From contig NJBF01000046.1 in assembly GCA_003144275.1 (NCBI GenBank), positions 1 through 24,305 of the forward strand: 24,305 bases of DNA, given 5' to 3'. The notes beneath the pieces were generated by a model that saw only the letters and a program-made list of their open reading frames with translations, was not told the origin of the DNA and made no database searches. The position numbers were made by a program, and so were the translations under genes. Positions 1 to 9,230 of this stretch are shown here, one piece after another; positions within the stretch are counted from its first letter, which is position 1; each line of letters starts with the position of its first letter. The DNA is from Candidatus Heimdallarchaeota archaeon B3_Heim. GTDB lineage: Archaea; Asgardarchaeota; Heimdallarchaeia; Hodarchaeales; Hodarchaeaceae.

Positions 1-96
1 ACTAGCTTTTTATCTCGTGATTATTCTGCTTTTACCATAATTTTGTGCGACTTTTTGACTTTTCATCAGATGTCTTTTCTTGGATGATAAATTTTC

Positions 97-918
97 TCAT
101 TTAGGAGGACCTTCTTCAAGTCTTTTCATAACTGGATCTAAAGTATCTACCTCCCACATCGATTCGATCCACCAAGTGCCTCCTGCCTCTTCAAAAGGTC
201 TGACAATATCTTTTGCTTTAGAAAGATCATTAGAGGGGGTAGTGCCTTCAATGACGATATCGAATCCATTGGTTGTTGGACGTTCCTTTTCGATAAAATT
301 GCTTATTTGTTGAATATATTCAGGAGTTATTTCCTCAAACTTCCCTTTTTTACTCATAATTACTGGCAGGATACCATCATATTTTAGTGATCTTGCCATT
401 GATTTCTTCCACGGCCAAGCAGCTACTACCCATATTGGAATCCGTGGGTGCTGTACGAGTGATGGTGGAGGATGTCGTTCGAAGAATGCTGATTTTCGAG
501 TTTGATAATGCTTCCCATTGTATTCAAAATTTCCTTCCCATAAGTTCGTTATGATCTCTAAGCCTTCATCCAGTAATTCTGCTCGAATTTTTCGCTCAAT
601 TTCTTCTCCAAACTCGGCAAATCCTGTATCTATTGCACCTAATGCGACTGAAAGAGTGACCCGTCCATTCGATATCGTATCAAGTGTAACTAGCTCACTG
701 GCTACTTTCCATGGTCTCATTCGTGATAGTGGTGTGATCATCGTGCCAATACGTATTCTTTCTGTTTTACATGCGATAGCTGTGAGAGTAATCCAGGCAT
801 CAACTCCGTAAAGTGATTCCCATACAAAAAACCCATCCCATCCACTTTTTTCGGCTACTTGAGCATATTCTATTCCTTTTTTCACATCACTTTTTGGAAA
901 AACAAATCCATACTTCAT
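97..918 (-). CDS. LLM-class (luciferase-like) flavin/F420-dependent oxidoreductase
   Basis: N-terminal MKYGFVFP...AEKSGWDGFFVWE; DAWITLTAIACKTERIRIGTMITPLSRMRPWKVASELVTLDTISNGRVTLSVALG is the typical LLM pattern; PRIPIWVVA; GGTGA RBS upstream of the ATG. Confidence 0.9.
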   Translation of the reverse strand: MKYGFVFPKSDVKKGIEYAQVAEKSGWDGFFVWESLYGVDAWITLTAIACKTERIRIGTMITPLSRMRPWKVASELVTLDTISNGRVTLSVALGAIDTGFAEFGEEIERKIRAELLDEGLEIITNLWEGNFEYNGKHYQTRKSAFFERHPPPSLVQHPRIPIWVVAAWPWKKSMARSLKYDGILPVIMSKKGKFEEITPEYIQQISNFIEKERPTTNGFDIVIEGTTPSNDLSKAKDIVRPFEEAGGTWWIESMWEVDTLDPVMKRLEEGPPK

Positions 919-939
919 TTTATAAATTTCACCTTAGCA

Positions 940-1317
940 TCATACCAGATGAGGAAAATTCCAGTTATTAGGAAGAATCGTTTCTGTTTTGCTGGTTATT
1001 CTACTACCTGGGGTTAAATTATAGTATTCTTTTCTAACATGCCCAGGAAACCAACCACTTATTTCTAAACTAATGGATTCAGTGTTTGTCTCATTAGCGA
1101 TTATTACTAGCTCATCTAATCTTGGACATTCATCAATTGAATAATCTGTTTCCCCTTGAATTGTTAACGAGGTTTGAAAACTCAGAGATGCACCATCTAT
1201 TGAGAATGAAATCATCAGTACAATGATATTGACACATACTGCGACAAGTACCAGTCTGATATTCTGTTGCATTAATCTATTCCCATTATGTTTATTCGAT
1301 CCATCCACCGTATCCAC
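940..1317 (-). CDS. Hypothetical small membrane-anchored/secreted protein
   Basis: 125-aa ORF with one hydrophobic segment (LVLVAVCVNIIVLMISFSI) followed by a beta-rich polar region; same strand as both neighbours; start could be the later Met (MQQNIR). No family recognised. Confidence 0.55.
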   Translation of the reverse strand: MDTVDGSNKHNGNRLMQQNIRLVLVAVCVNIIVLMISFSIDGASLSFQTSLTIQGETDYSIDECPRLDELVIIANETNTESISLEISGWFPGHVRKEYYNLTPGSRITSKTETILPNNWNFPHLV

Positions 1318-1465
1318 TTCTTTTCTATTTTCTATCTTACCATATTAGTGCTAGACCTACGTAAAAAGTTTCCTTCTATATAGAAAGATTCTCATTTTCT
1401 TTTGATATGTTTTTAAAGCCCTTAAATTGAATTCACCTAAAATAGCATAACCTACGCTAAAAAGT

Positions 1466-3916
1466 TCATTTTACAATCGAATGTAATTTGACTTGACATG
1501 TGGGACACACTTGTATCTTTGACGTGACCTGATATACTATCCCACAAGATGGACACACGGCTAAGAATTGAAGCACAGGAGTTGTTCTGGTGGGTTGAAA
1601 GGAATATCCATACTGATCCCCTTTTTTATATACGGAACTCGTTCTTTTTCGCATAAACCAATATCCAACTCCGCCTACTAGTACTAAGGCAAGTAGGCCA
1701 ATGATGATTATTTCAAAGTAGTTATCTGTGGGTTTTGAAGAGGGGGTTGAAGGGGGATTAAGAGGTTCTACATTAATTATTTGTCCTGGGGTTACAGCTA
1801 CACTTGCAGTAACTACGTGATCTAAGTCCGAAAGCTTAATTAGATAGATCAATGGATTAGATCTGAATGTGTGTTGCCACTTGGTTGGTTCAATAATAGA
1901 AAGCTCATAAAAGCATTCCCACCTTTGTGAGGGGAGGAGTGTCTCAATTTGTTTGTATAATTCCTCAAAAGGAAGATCCAAGACTGTTATTTCTGTCCCT
2001 TCATTGAATGTTTGATTCCATTCTAAAATAAAGGAGTCAGCATGATCTACCACCTTTAAATGAAATTTCACCGTGTTCGAGGCAGGACTATCAAAAGCTA
2101 GGACAATTTGGATGTCATCGATTTTTGAGTTATTATCTGAATCGGTAACAAACATCCCTACGCACCCTATGAATTCAACAAGGGCATTGGATGTAGAATA
2201 AGTTGCATCAAGATCAAAATTTCCGCTACCCTCATATGCGTGAATCAGAAGAATAAGTGATTCTGATTCATCGTGAGCGGTATATGAAACAGTTTCGGGA
2301 TAATCCTCTTCGTAAGATTCATCTAATAGATTGAATTCAAAATCAAACAGATACATATCAAAATCGGTCTGGGACGGACCAGTTAATTTAAGGGTAATTT
2401 TCTCTTTCCAGTGGAGGGAGAGAAATATTATCGCTACTTCATTTTGTTTGATTCGATTTGTTATACTTGGATTGTCATGTGAAAGAATAAAATCTGAGAC
2501 ATCGAGTGCTGCACCCTCTTTATACAGCTTGGATACAGCCTCGGACCAGCCAGTTTCCTCTCCAAACGATGAAACCTCAGAATAGTCTGAAATCCATAAT
2601 TCTGGACACCAAGGGGCATAAACCGTCAATCCTGAGGGTGAAGTGATAATTGAATTATTATATCTCTGATATACACAAGTTTGCTGCATCTGAAGTAGAA
2701 TATCTGCTTTTAATGCTGATATAGCCTCATCACTAACTCGATTGATAACATCTACAACTTTAACTAAATCAATTTGTTCAGAAAGTCCGAACTCGGTCAA
2801 AAATGATAGTTCTGCACATACTGTAGACAATTGAGCACTTTCCATCACATTAATGAATTCTGCTAATTCGGATAGATCATTACTTAACCCTTGTATTTTT
2901 GATAGATCAATCACTCCCAGTTGTATTATGTCCATTGACAGTTCCCGATGGTTAAACAGATTGTCATATGTTTCTTGAACGATAAATTGAGCGCACCTTT
3001 CTGGACCATAATTTACTGGATCAATACCGGAATCTGAAGTAAAATCGCTTAGCTTGTTCAAAAAACCAGTATAGTAAAAACCTGATAATCCTATTGAATC
3101 CTCAGAGGCTACCATAAACTTAGCATCATTTCTAATAGCGTATGCTACTTCAATACAACCCATTAGACAGGCATCAAATGCGATAACATCTAACGTATCG
3201 GGAAGATCTGAAAGAGCTGATGTTAATTCACTTTCCGTTAAAGTATCTCCAAATGAACGATCATCCCAGCAAACACCTTTTTGACGTGTAAGGAATGATC
3301 TGTCTACATTTTGTAGTATATTTGGAGGGCCTCTTAGATTAGTTGTGGATGTGTAATCTGTCCACTCTTCGACTCCTGTTTCCCAGCCTAATCCATGGTT
3401 CCATATGACTAAACAATAATGCTCTGCGGGAAATTTATTTATTGAGAATTCGATAAAATTCCTCAGCGTTCGAGGATCTCCCATATTCCTCTCCTCACTG
3501 GTGTTATCTAAATTAATAAATGCTCCACCTGCTCCAAGAATTCGAAACCGCTGACTTGCATTGTATTCTGAATTATCGGTATCTTGTACCAGACACGAAT
3601 CCCACCCATCAAATTCAACAACGACACATATTTCGGATCCAAAATTCGCATCTCTCATTTCCCATAAATCATTCACTCCTGCTTCTTCTAAATCGTTATC
3701 TGCAGCCATATAGACCATAATTGTCCATTTAAAAAGAGCATTGATATCTTCATTGCTATATACATGTTTAATTGATTTTAAATCTGAATTTGAATAGTTT
3801 TCCTCAACTTCATGACCTGGTACACTTCCATCACCTGCAGTAATGGCGAATAACAGAAAAATCCAAATGAATATGCAAATAAACAAACAACCCTTTCTCA
3901 TTATATAATTTTTCAA
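1466..3916 (-). CDS. Clostripain-family (C11) cysteine peptidase with signal peptide, PPC domain, C-terminal TM helix and cytoplasmic Zn ribbon
   Basis: WTIMVYMAADNDLE, HYCLVIWNHGLGW (catalytic His), VCWDD, IAFDACLMGCIEVAY (catalytic Cys), MVASED; PPC-like LTGPSQTDFDMYLFD...YEGSGNFDL; Pro-rich linker PLNPPSTPSSKP; TM IIIIGLLALVLVGGVGYWFM followed by RKR; CPSC...CPTC tail. Confidence 0.9.
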   Translation of the reverse strand: MKNYIMRKGCLFICIFIWIFLLFAITAGDGSVPGHEVEENYSNSDLKSIKHVYSNEDINALFKWTIMVYMAADNDLEEAGVNDLWEMRDANFGSEICVVVEFDGWDSCLVQDTDNSEYNASQRFRILGAGGAFINLDNTSEERNMGDPRTLRNFIEFSINKFPAEHYCLVIWNHGLGWETGVEEWTDYTSTTNLRGPPNILQNVDRSFLTRQKGVCWDDRSFGDTLTESELTSALSDLPDTLDVIAFDACLMGCIEVAYAIRNDAKFMVASEDSIGLSGFYYTGFLNKLSDFTSDSGIDPVNYGPERCAQFIVQETYDNLFNHRELSMDIIQLGVIDLSKIQGLSNDLSELAEFINVMESAQLSTVCAELSFLTEFGLSEQIDLVKVVDVINRVSDEAISALKADILLQMQQTCVYQRYNNSIITSPSGLTVYAPWCPELWISDYSEVSSFGEETGWSEAVSKLYKEGAALDVSDFILSHDNPSITNRIKQNEVAIIFLSLHWKEKITLKLTGPSQTDFDMYLFDFEFNLLDESYEEDYPETVSYTAHDESESLILLIHAYEGSGNFDLDATYSTSNALVEFIGCVGMFVTDSDNNSKIDDIQIVLAFDSPASNTVKFHLKVVDHADSFILEWNQTFNEGTEITVLDLPFEELYKQIETLLPSQRWECFYELSIIEPTKWQHTFRSNPLIYLIKLSDLDHVVTASVAVTPGQIINVEPLNPPSTPSSKPTDNYFEIIIIGLLALVLVGGVGYWFMRKRTSSVYKKGDQYGYSFQPTRTTPVLQFLAVCPSCGIVYQVTSKIQVCPTCQVKLHSIVK

Positions 3917-4391
3917 TTCTCTACCGCCTCTTTGTTGAAAATTGTACAGTTCCGAAAATTATCTTATTTTATCTTTCTTTTTCCCCACAAAATTTTATGA
4001 GAGTATATATTTGTCGGACAAATTTGAAAATGGGTTATTTTATGGCCCATATGCCCTCTCACTTAGCCATCCTTCTTAAAAATACTGATATTTCTTGGTA
4101 CATAGCTATAGTACTCACACATATATTGTAGTTACAGTCTACAAGGGCTTGATACGTGAATCTTGATATTACTTTATCCCTTATATTCTCCTTTTTACTA
4201 CATTACTATTTATTTCGTCGTTTCTTCCATGCGATCAACTTAGTATTTCTTGCTTCCCCAATCTAGGTGTTAATGCCTTGGCTCTATTGATGACTTTTTA
4301 TAGCAAACCACTCTGCGACCTGATCACATGTTTTTTTGTGTAAAATTTCTATTTTCCCTCAGGAACCTGCCTCCTACAAATTGATGTACAA

Positions 4392-7300
4392 ATGCACCTC
4401 AGAAAAATCCTAGCGTCTCAATATTTCGCTTATGCTGTTTTCATTTCATTTTTTATTGGACTAACAGTGGCTTTGGTCATTAAATCTCCAGATTATGCTA
4501 CTACAGAGACAGTAACTAGTGATAAAAGTACCATTTCAAGTGTGGAGAACGTAAAAACCGTTATACAAGAATTAATTGATTATGAATACTATAGTGATCA
4601 AATTACCACTCATTATTTTCAGAATATTAGAAATCATATTGGTAATTTCTCTAGTTTCGGCAGTCGGGTAACTGGTTATCCTGGATATGAACTTTCAATC
4701 GACTATATTACAGATTTCTTTCAGAGTCAGAATTTGACGGAGGTTCAAACTCTTTCCTATCCTCATCTTGTCCCTCTTGATCGTGGTACGCGTTTCACCT
4801 TGGGAGGAAAAAATTATTCCGCTCATGCTCTTGCTCCCAATTCTGTTCATACCTCCAAAATTCCCTCCGGTGGTTTATCAGGTATGTTGGTATATGGAGG
4901 TTCGGGCAAATATAGCGATTTAGATGGTAAAAAAATTGATGGAGCTATTGTTGTTCTTGAATTTAATTCTCAGCATAATTGGATTAATGTAGCAAGTCTT
5001 GGAGCCAAAGGAGTCATTTATTTAACTCCAGATAAAACTAACCGATATGAAGCCGAAACTAAATCCATAGATATTCCTCTTGAATTCCCCCGTATCTATA
5101 TTGATAACAAGACATTGTCAGGAACTATGAGAACATTAAGTACCCAAGTAAATCAGACTGTTACTATTTATTCAGATATTGAATGGGAAAGGATCGATGC
5201 TAAGAATGTTATGGGAATACTACCTGGATTAGATGATGATATTATCGTTTTGTCAGCTTATTTTGACTCCTCTTCCTGTGTACCAGCGCTATCCCCTGGT
5301 GCAGATGAGGCTTGTGGGATTGCCACTTTGTTAGAGCTCATACGAATCATGAAAGATAATAAAGTCGTCCCCAAAAAAACTTTGATGTTTTTAGCCCTTT
5401 CTGGTCATAATCAGGCTGCAGCAGGAGCAAGAGAATTTGTTTCTAGCAACTATGATAGGTTGAATAGGCAAGGGGGAATCAAACTGTTTTTATCCCTTGA
5501 TCTTTCTAGTTCAACCAAAATTATCGGACTTAATCCTTATGGATATCTGTACAAATTTAAACTAAGATATACAACAGGTAATAATTTGTTCTACCGTTTA
5601 AAGAGCATCGGGGATATTTTTCTTCAATATGCCTCTGAGATACGAATGACTACTGATCATTCATTTAGTGTCGATTCTTATGTCAATATTCAGGATATTT
5701 TTGAGGATATCGCTCCTTTTACTTTTGTAGGGGATCAGGAGCCATTTATTGCCTCTAATGTTCTCGGATTGTCACTGTTTTCTGCCCAATCTCCTCGTAA
5801 TCTCTATAATACACCTTTTGATTTACCCAGCTACCTACAATTTAATCAACTTGAAGCTCAAGTCATTTACTCTATTTGTGCTTTAGTCCAATTAGTAAAT
5901 GATACCGATCTGGACAATTACCTTGATTTACAACCTAAGGGTTTCTCAGTTAAACCTAATATGCATGTTGGTTTTGGAGTTATCACAGGCTCTTGTAAAA
6001 TTTATAATGAATCATCCTTATGGACAGATAATGTAGCAAACGCACTTATCCGTATAACATCCCGAGATCCGAATACCAATAGTCCTGGAGTGTATTCTTA
6101 TTATACACAGACTGATGAAGAGGGGGGTTTTACTGTGAATGGAGTTTCTTCTTCTCAACCTGATAATCCCCTCGAATTTGATGTAGAAGCCTATACTTTC
6201 AATTCTGAGGGTAAATTAGTTCAAGCTAACAATTTAGGCCCATTTAGAGTGTTTTTTGACCAATCAAATAAATTAGTGACTCAAAAAATAACTATTAACC
6301 CAACGGTGTTCAATTGTGGAACTCTCGGCCTTTTTGACATTTCTCATCCCTACTCTCGGTATATCTCATCTCAAAGTTTGACCTACCAAGTACTAAATCC
6401 AGAATCTAGAGCTTCTCTACAATATTACGGTTACAAAAATTTGGACTCGGTCAGTTTAGTCTTCCTTCCCCCTCATACTCGATCAAGTATTATTGGTACA
6501 TTTCCCAATAATGTCTTGGGCATTTACGCTACAAACTCAAGTGCAGATTTATTACGGGGCTATGGTTTTCAAGTAGAAAAGGGTGAATTTAAAAACCTGG
6601 GTATTTCGACTTTCATAACTTCAAAAGATCTTCAATCAAAAACACAAACGTTCATTTCTTGGTACACTTCCCACAATATCTATGATCAAAGGGTTAATGA
6701 GACATTTCAAGAACTCTCCCTTCAAATCGAGATTATCAATTCGTTATTACAAAATTATGACTATTCAGAAGCGCTTCAGGAGATGAACCAAGCACGTCTT
6801 ATGTCCTTTACTGCCCTTCGTCAGGCTCGGAATATTATTACCGACGGAAGTAACACTGCCCTTCTGTTCGCTTTTTTCCTCATTCCTTTCTCACTCACCT
6901 TGTCAAACTTTCTCTTTGACTTAAATTCTGAGAAAAGATGGCTTATAGTATCCTGTATAATTTACTTCGTCGCTTTTGGATTTTTTTATCTCATTCATCC
7001 AGGATTTAAGATTGCTCCTCAGCTTGGATTGACTCTTATTGGATTTATAAACGTAATTTCGGTATTAATAATTTTTTATATGTTATTTCATGAATCCACC
7101 GGCTTTCTTGTACAAATACGTAAGAATACGTTAGGAGCTCATTTTATTAAATCCAATCAGACATCGGTTGTGCTTATAGCAATTAAAACAGGGATTCAAA
7201 GGATGAAAAAGCATAAACCACGTACAATTTTAAATTTATCAGCAGTTGCTCTTTTATCATTTTCATTAACTCTCCTTACCTCCACTAGCTCTCAGACTGG

Positions 7301-8162
7301 GTTTAATTTCTTAGAATTAGCTCTTCCGGTAGCTATTGCAATTCTTCTGATGAGTAACACTTCCATAAGTACTGTGTATGACTCCAAGAAAGAAATTTCA
7401 ATATTTACATCCTTAGGCGTGTCTCCTTCTAGTATTCTTGGACTGTTCATTGCTGAATTTCTTCTACATGCCATAATCGGATCTATGGTAGGTTATTCAG
7501 GAGGGATAATAGTTATTAGATTTCTTTCATCTATCGACTTAATTTCTGAATCTTTTTCTGTAAATTATTCTTCTCGAGCTGTTATAATTACATTAATCTT
7601 TAGTGGACTAGGGATGCTTGTGGGACTTGTTCTTCCCCTTCGAGAATCAAGTTTGAATTCATTACCTTCCCAGAAGCGATCATGGGAGATCTCTACCTTA
7701 CCTGAAGGTGATGGATCCCAGTGGAACATCTCTTTACCATTTGTAGCCTCGAGTGAGGATGAAGTAGAAGGAATTCTCGCATTTTTGAACGAATTTCTCT
7801 TGATTTTTGAATCAGAAAATGTTGGAGGCCCTTTTTTCGTGAGTAGTCCTATAATCTTCAAGAATCAACCTGGAATAGAAAAACATCTCACTACAACAGT
7901 TTATCTCGCCCCCTTTGATATGGGGATAATTCAAACCGTAGATGTATACTCTTATTTAGACACGGTAAAGAATCATTGGAAATTCGTTATTAAATTAAAT
8001 CGAGTAGAGGGGGTACTGCAGGCTTGGCAGGCCTTAGTCAAGCGATATATCGGAATTATGAGGCAACAATTTCTTCTCTGGAAGGGATTATCCAGAGAGG
8101 ATAAAATGGCTAGTACAGAACAGTTTAAGAATCTTATTTTTTCATTATCGCCGGATACTTAG
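4392..8162 (+). CDS. Multidomain membrane protein: N-terminal anchor, PA + M28-like (degenerate) peptidase domain, beta-sandwich region, FtsX-like permease TM module, C-terminal soluble domain
   Basis: SRVTGYPG; PA-like LVYGGSG...GAKGVIY; M28-like SAYFDS..PGADEACGIATLLELIR..FLALSGH; FtsX signature TVYDSKKEISIFTSLGVSPSSILGLFIAE; about 8 hydrophobic helices in total. Confidence 0.8.
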   Translation: MHLRKILASQYFAYAVFISFFIGLTVALVIKSPDYATTETVTSDKSTISSVENVKTVIQELIDYEYYSDQITTHYFQNIRNHIGNFSSFGSRVTGYPGYELSIDYITDFFQSQNLTEVQTLSYPHLVPLDRGTRFTLGGKNYSAHALAPNSVHTSKIPSGGLSGMLVYGGSGKYSDLDGKKIDGAIVVLEFNSQHNWINVASLGAKGVIYLTPDKTNRYEAETKSIDIPLEFPRIYIDNKTLSGTMRTLSTQVNQTVTIYSDIEWERIDAKNVMGILPGLDDDIIVLSAYFDSSSCVPALSPGADEACGIATLLELIRIMKDNKVVPKKTLMFLALSGHNQAAAGAREFVSSNYDRLNRQGGIKLFLSLDLSSSTKIIGLNPYGYLYKFKLRYTTGNNLFYRLKSIGDIFLQYASEIRMTTDHSFSVDSYVNIQDIFEDIAPFTFVGDQEPFIASNVLGLSLFSAQSPRNLYNTPFDLPSYLQFNQLEAQVIYSICALVQLVNDTDLDNYLDLQPKGFSVKPNMHVGFGVITGSCKIYNESSLWTDNVANALIRITSRDPNTNSPGVYSYYTQTDEEGGFTVNGVSSSQPDNPLEFDVEAYTFNSEGKLVQANNLGPFRVFFDQSNKLVTQKITINPTVFNCGTLGLFDISHPYSRYISSQSLTYQVLNPESRASLQYYGYKNLDSVSLVFLPPHTRSSIIGTFPNNVLGIYATNSSADLLRGYGFQVEKGEFKNLGISTFITSKDLQSKTQTFISWYTSHNIYDQRVNETFQELSLQIEIINSLLQNYDYSEALQEMNQARLMSFTALRQARNIITDGSNTALLFAFFLIPFSLTLSNFLFDLNSEKRWLIVSCIIYFVAFGFFYLIHPGFKIAPQLGLTLIGFINVISVLIIFYMLFHESTGFLVQIRKNTLGAHFIKSNQTSVVLIAIKTGIQRMKKHKPRTILNLSAVALLSFSLTLLTSTSSQTGFNFLELALPVAIAILLMSNTSISTVYDSKKEISIFTSLGVSPSSILGLFIAEFLLHAIIGSMVGYSGGIIVIRFLSSIDLISESFSVNYSSRAVIITLIFSGLGMLVGLVLPLRESSLNSLPSQKRSWEISTLPEGDGSQWNISLPFVASSEDEVEGILAFLNEFLLIFESENVGGPFFVSSPIIFKNQPGIEKHLTTTVYLAPFDMGIIQTVDVYSYLDTVKNHWKFVIKLNRVEGVLQAWQALVKRYIGIMRQQFLLWKGLSREDKMASTEQFKNLIFSLSPDT

Positions 8163-8178
8163 TTCTTATGTTTAAACA

Positions 8179-8204
8179 GGAACAGAAATTATAGATTTTG
8201 TTCC
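8179..8204 (+). terminator. Possible terminator hairpin downstream of the M28/FtsX gene
   Basis: GGAACAGAAAT-TATAG-ATTTTGTTCC forms a ~10-bp stem with one G.U pair and one bulge, 17 nt after the stop codon. Confidence 0.3.
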
Positions 8205-8355
8205 CTATTCCCCTTAAATATTACTGATATTTGTGTTCAGAATTCAAAGTATCAATTCTAGCAATTTGTAGATAAGTTAGGAAATATTTAATTATGATGC
8301 AGTGTTAACTCTAGCTACTCCTACTAGAAAATCTAGATTCTTTTGTGATGGTCTT

Positions 8356-9105
8356 ATGATAGGCATTGAAATTACGAGTAAAAACAGTGGAATTCCTCTT
8401 TTTACCCTTGAATTTCGGCCTGATACTCTTTTCAATAGTGAAATCAGAGGAGGGTTAATTACTGCGATCATGCAAGTTATGGGGGAAACGTTTGGTCCAC
8501 AGGAGACTAAAATTGTCAATTACGGTCATTATAATGCCATCCTAGTTGAGGGGAAATATGTCTATGGGATGCTCTTCACTTTTCAATCGGGTCCAATCTT
8601 TGAGCGATTTATTTCTGACTTAATTGACGATTTTGAAGAAAAGTTTCAGTCAGAGTTAGAAGATACGATATCAGGTAAGACTTTAGTCCATCAAGAACAC
8701 TATGATTTCGCAGTGGAATGTGCTCAAGCCTATAAATCCTTTTCACATATCGACGTCACAAACTTAAGTAAATTATTGGACTCTATCCACAGCTATGGCG
8801 ATCAAATTTTTGAGAATGTGCTCATTTACACACGTCCAGAAATGAGTCAAATTTACACTCATTTAATTGATGAAAAATTTAGTGTGTTCAGTGATGAGGT
8901 TTCTAAAGCACTTAAAACAGTTCTGGATTTATCCAATCGTACTTCTTTCCCTGTTGAGAATTTTCAAATAGCTTTATCCCGAGATTTTCATTGCCTTATG
9001 TTCAATGCCTTCCCTTATTCCGTTATTGTTTTTGTAGGTGAAAAGGATTTAGAGCTGACTCACTGGAGAATTAGTGAGATTAAAAACGATTTTGCTGAAG
9101 GGTAG
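8356..9105 (+). CDS. Longin-like domain protein with a second longin/roadblock(profilin)-like domain
   Basis: MIGIEITSKNSGIPLF...GGLITAIMQVMGETFG...YNAILVEG..YGMLF...ISDLIDDFEEKF follows the bb-a-bbb-aa longin pattern typical of Asgard proteins; the second half (ENVLIY...VSKALKTVLDL...FHCLMF...VIVFV...EIKNDF) has a similar small alpha/beta topology. ATG 8356 is preferred over the ORF-track start at 8302. Confidence 0.6.
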   Translation: MIGIEITSKNSGIPLFTLEFRPDTLFNSEIRGGLITAIMQVMGETFGPQETKIVNYGHYNAILVEGKYVYGMLFTFQSGPIFERFISDLIDDFEEKFQSELEDTISGKTLVHQEHYDFAVECAQAYKSFSHIDVTNLSKLLDSIHSYGDQIFENVLIYTRPEMSQIYTHLIDEKFSVFSDEVSKALKTVLDLSNRTSFPVENFQIALSRDFHCLMFNAFPYSVIVFVGEKDLELTHWRISEIKNDFAEG

Positions 9106-9230
9106 AATCAGTCATATTGAGACTTTTTACGTCAAAAAAAGGGTAGACAATCCAGTTTGAAACTGACTAACTTTTTAAGTCTGGTTGTACCAGAGGAGCT
9201 CTCGACTTATCGAAAGTCAGAGGAATACTA

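Noticed and set aside
80-811. Plus-strand ORFs 80-313 and 518-811
   Set aside because: Antisense shadows of the well-supported LLM gene, with no family motifs. The same applies to 2331-2585, 3520-3720, 7292-7474, 7565-7861, 8292-8519, 10206-10478, 10659-10937, 12868-13341, the plus-strand ORFs inside 14618-17167, and 19370-19573.
934-942. TGA-TGC-TAA at the end of ORF 940-1317, a possible Sec-Cys C-terminus
   Set aside because: No redox motif context and no recognisable SECIS; read-through would add only two residues.
1374-1385. 12-bp perfect palindrome TTCTATATAGAA
   Set aside because: AT-rich and TATA-centred, so expected by chance; at most a promoter element.
4030-4131. 33-codon ORF MGYFMAHMPSHLAILLKNTDISWYIAIVLTHIL in the 3917-4391 spacer
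   Set aside because: Short, no clear RBS or motif; the other frames of this spacer are broken by stops and I could not match them to any family.
9190-9220. CAGAGGA...GAAA resembling a hammerhead core (CUGANGA...GAAA)
   Set aside because: Stem II cannot form between the two core elements and the position-4 U is absent.
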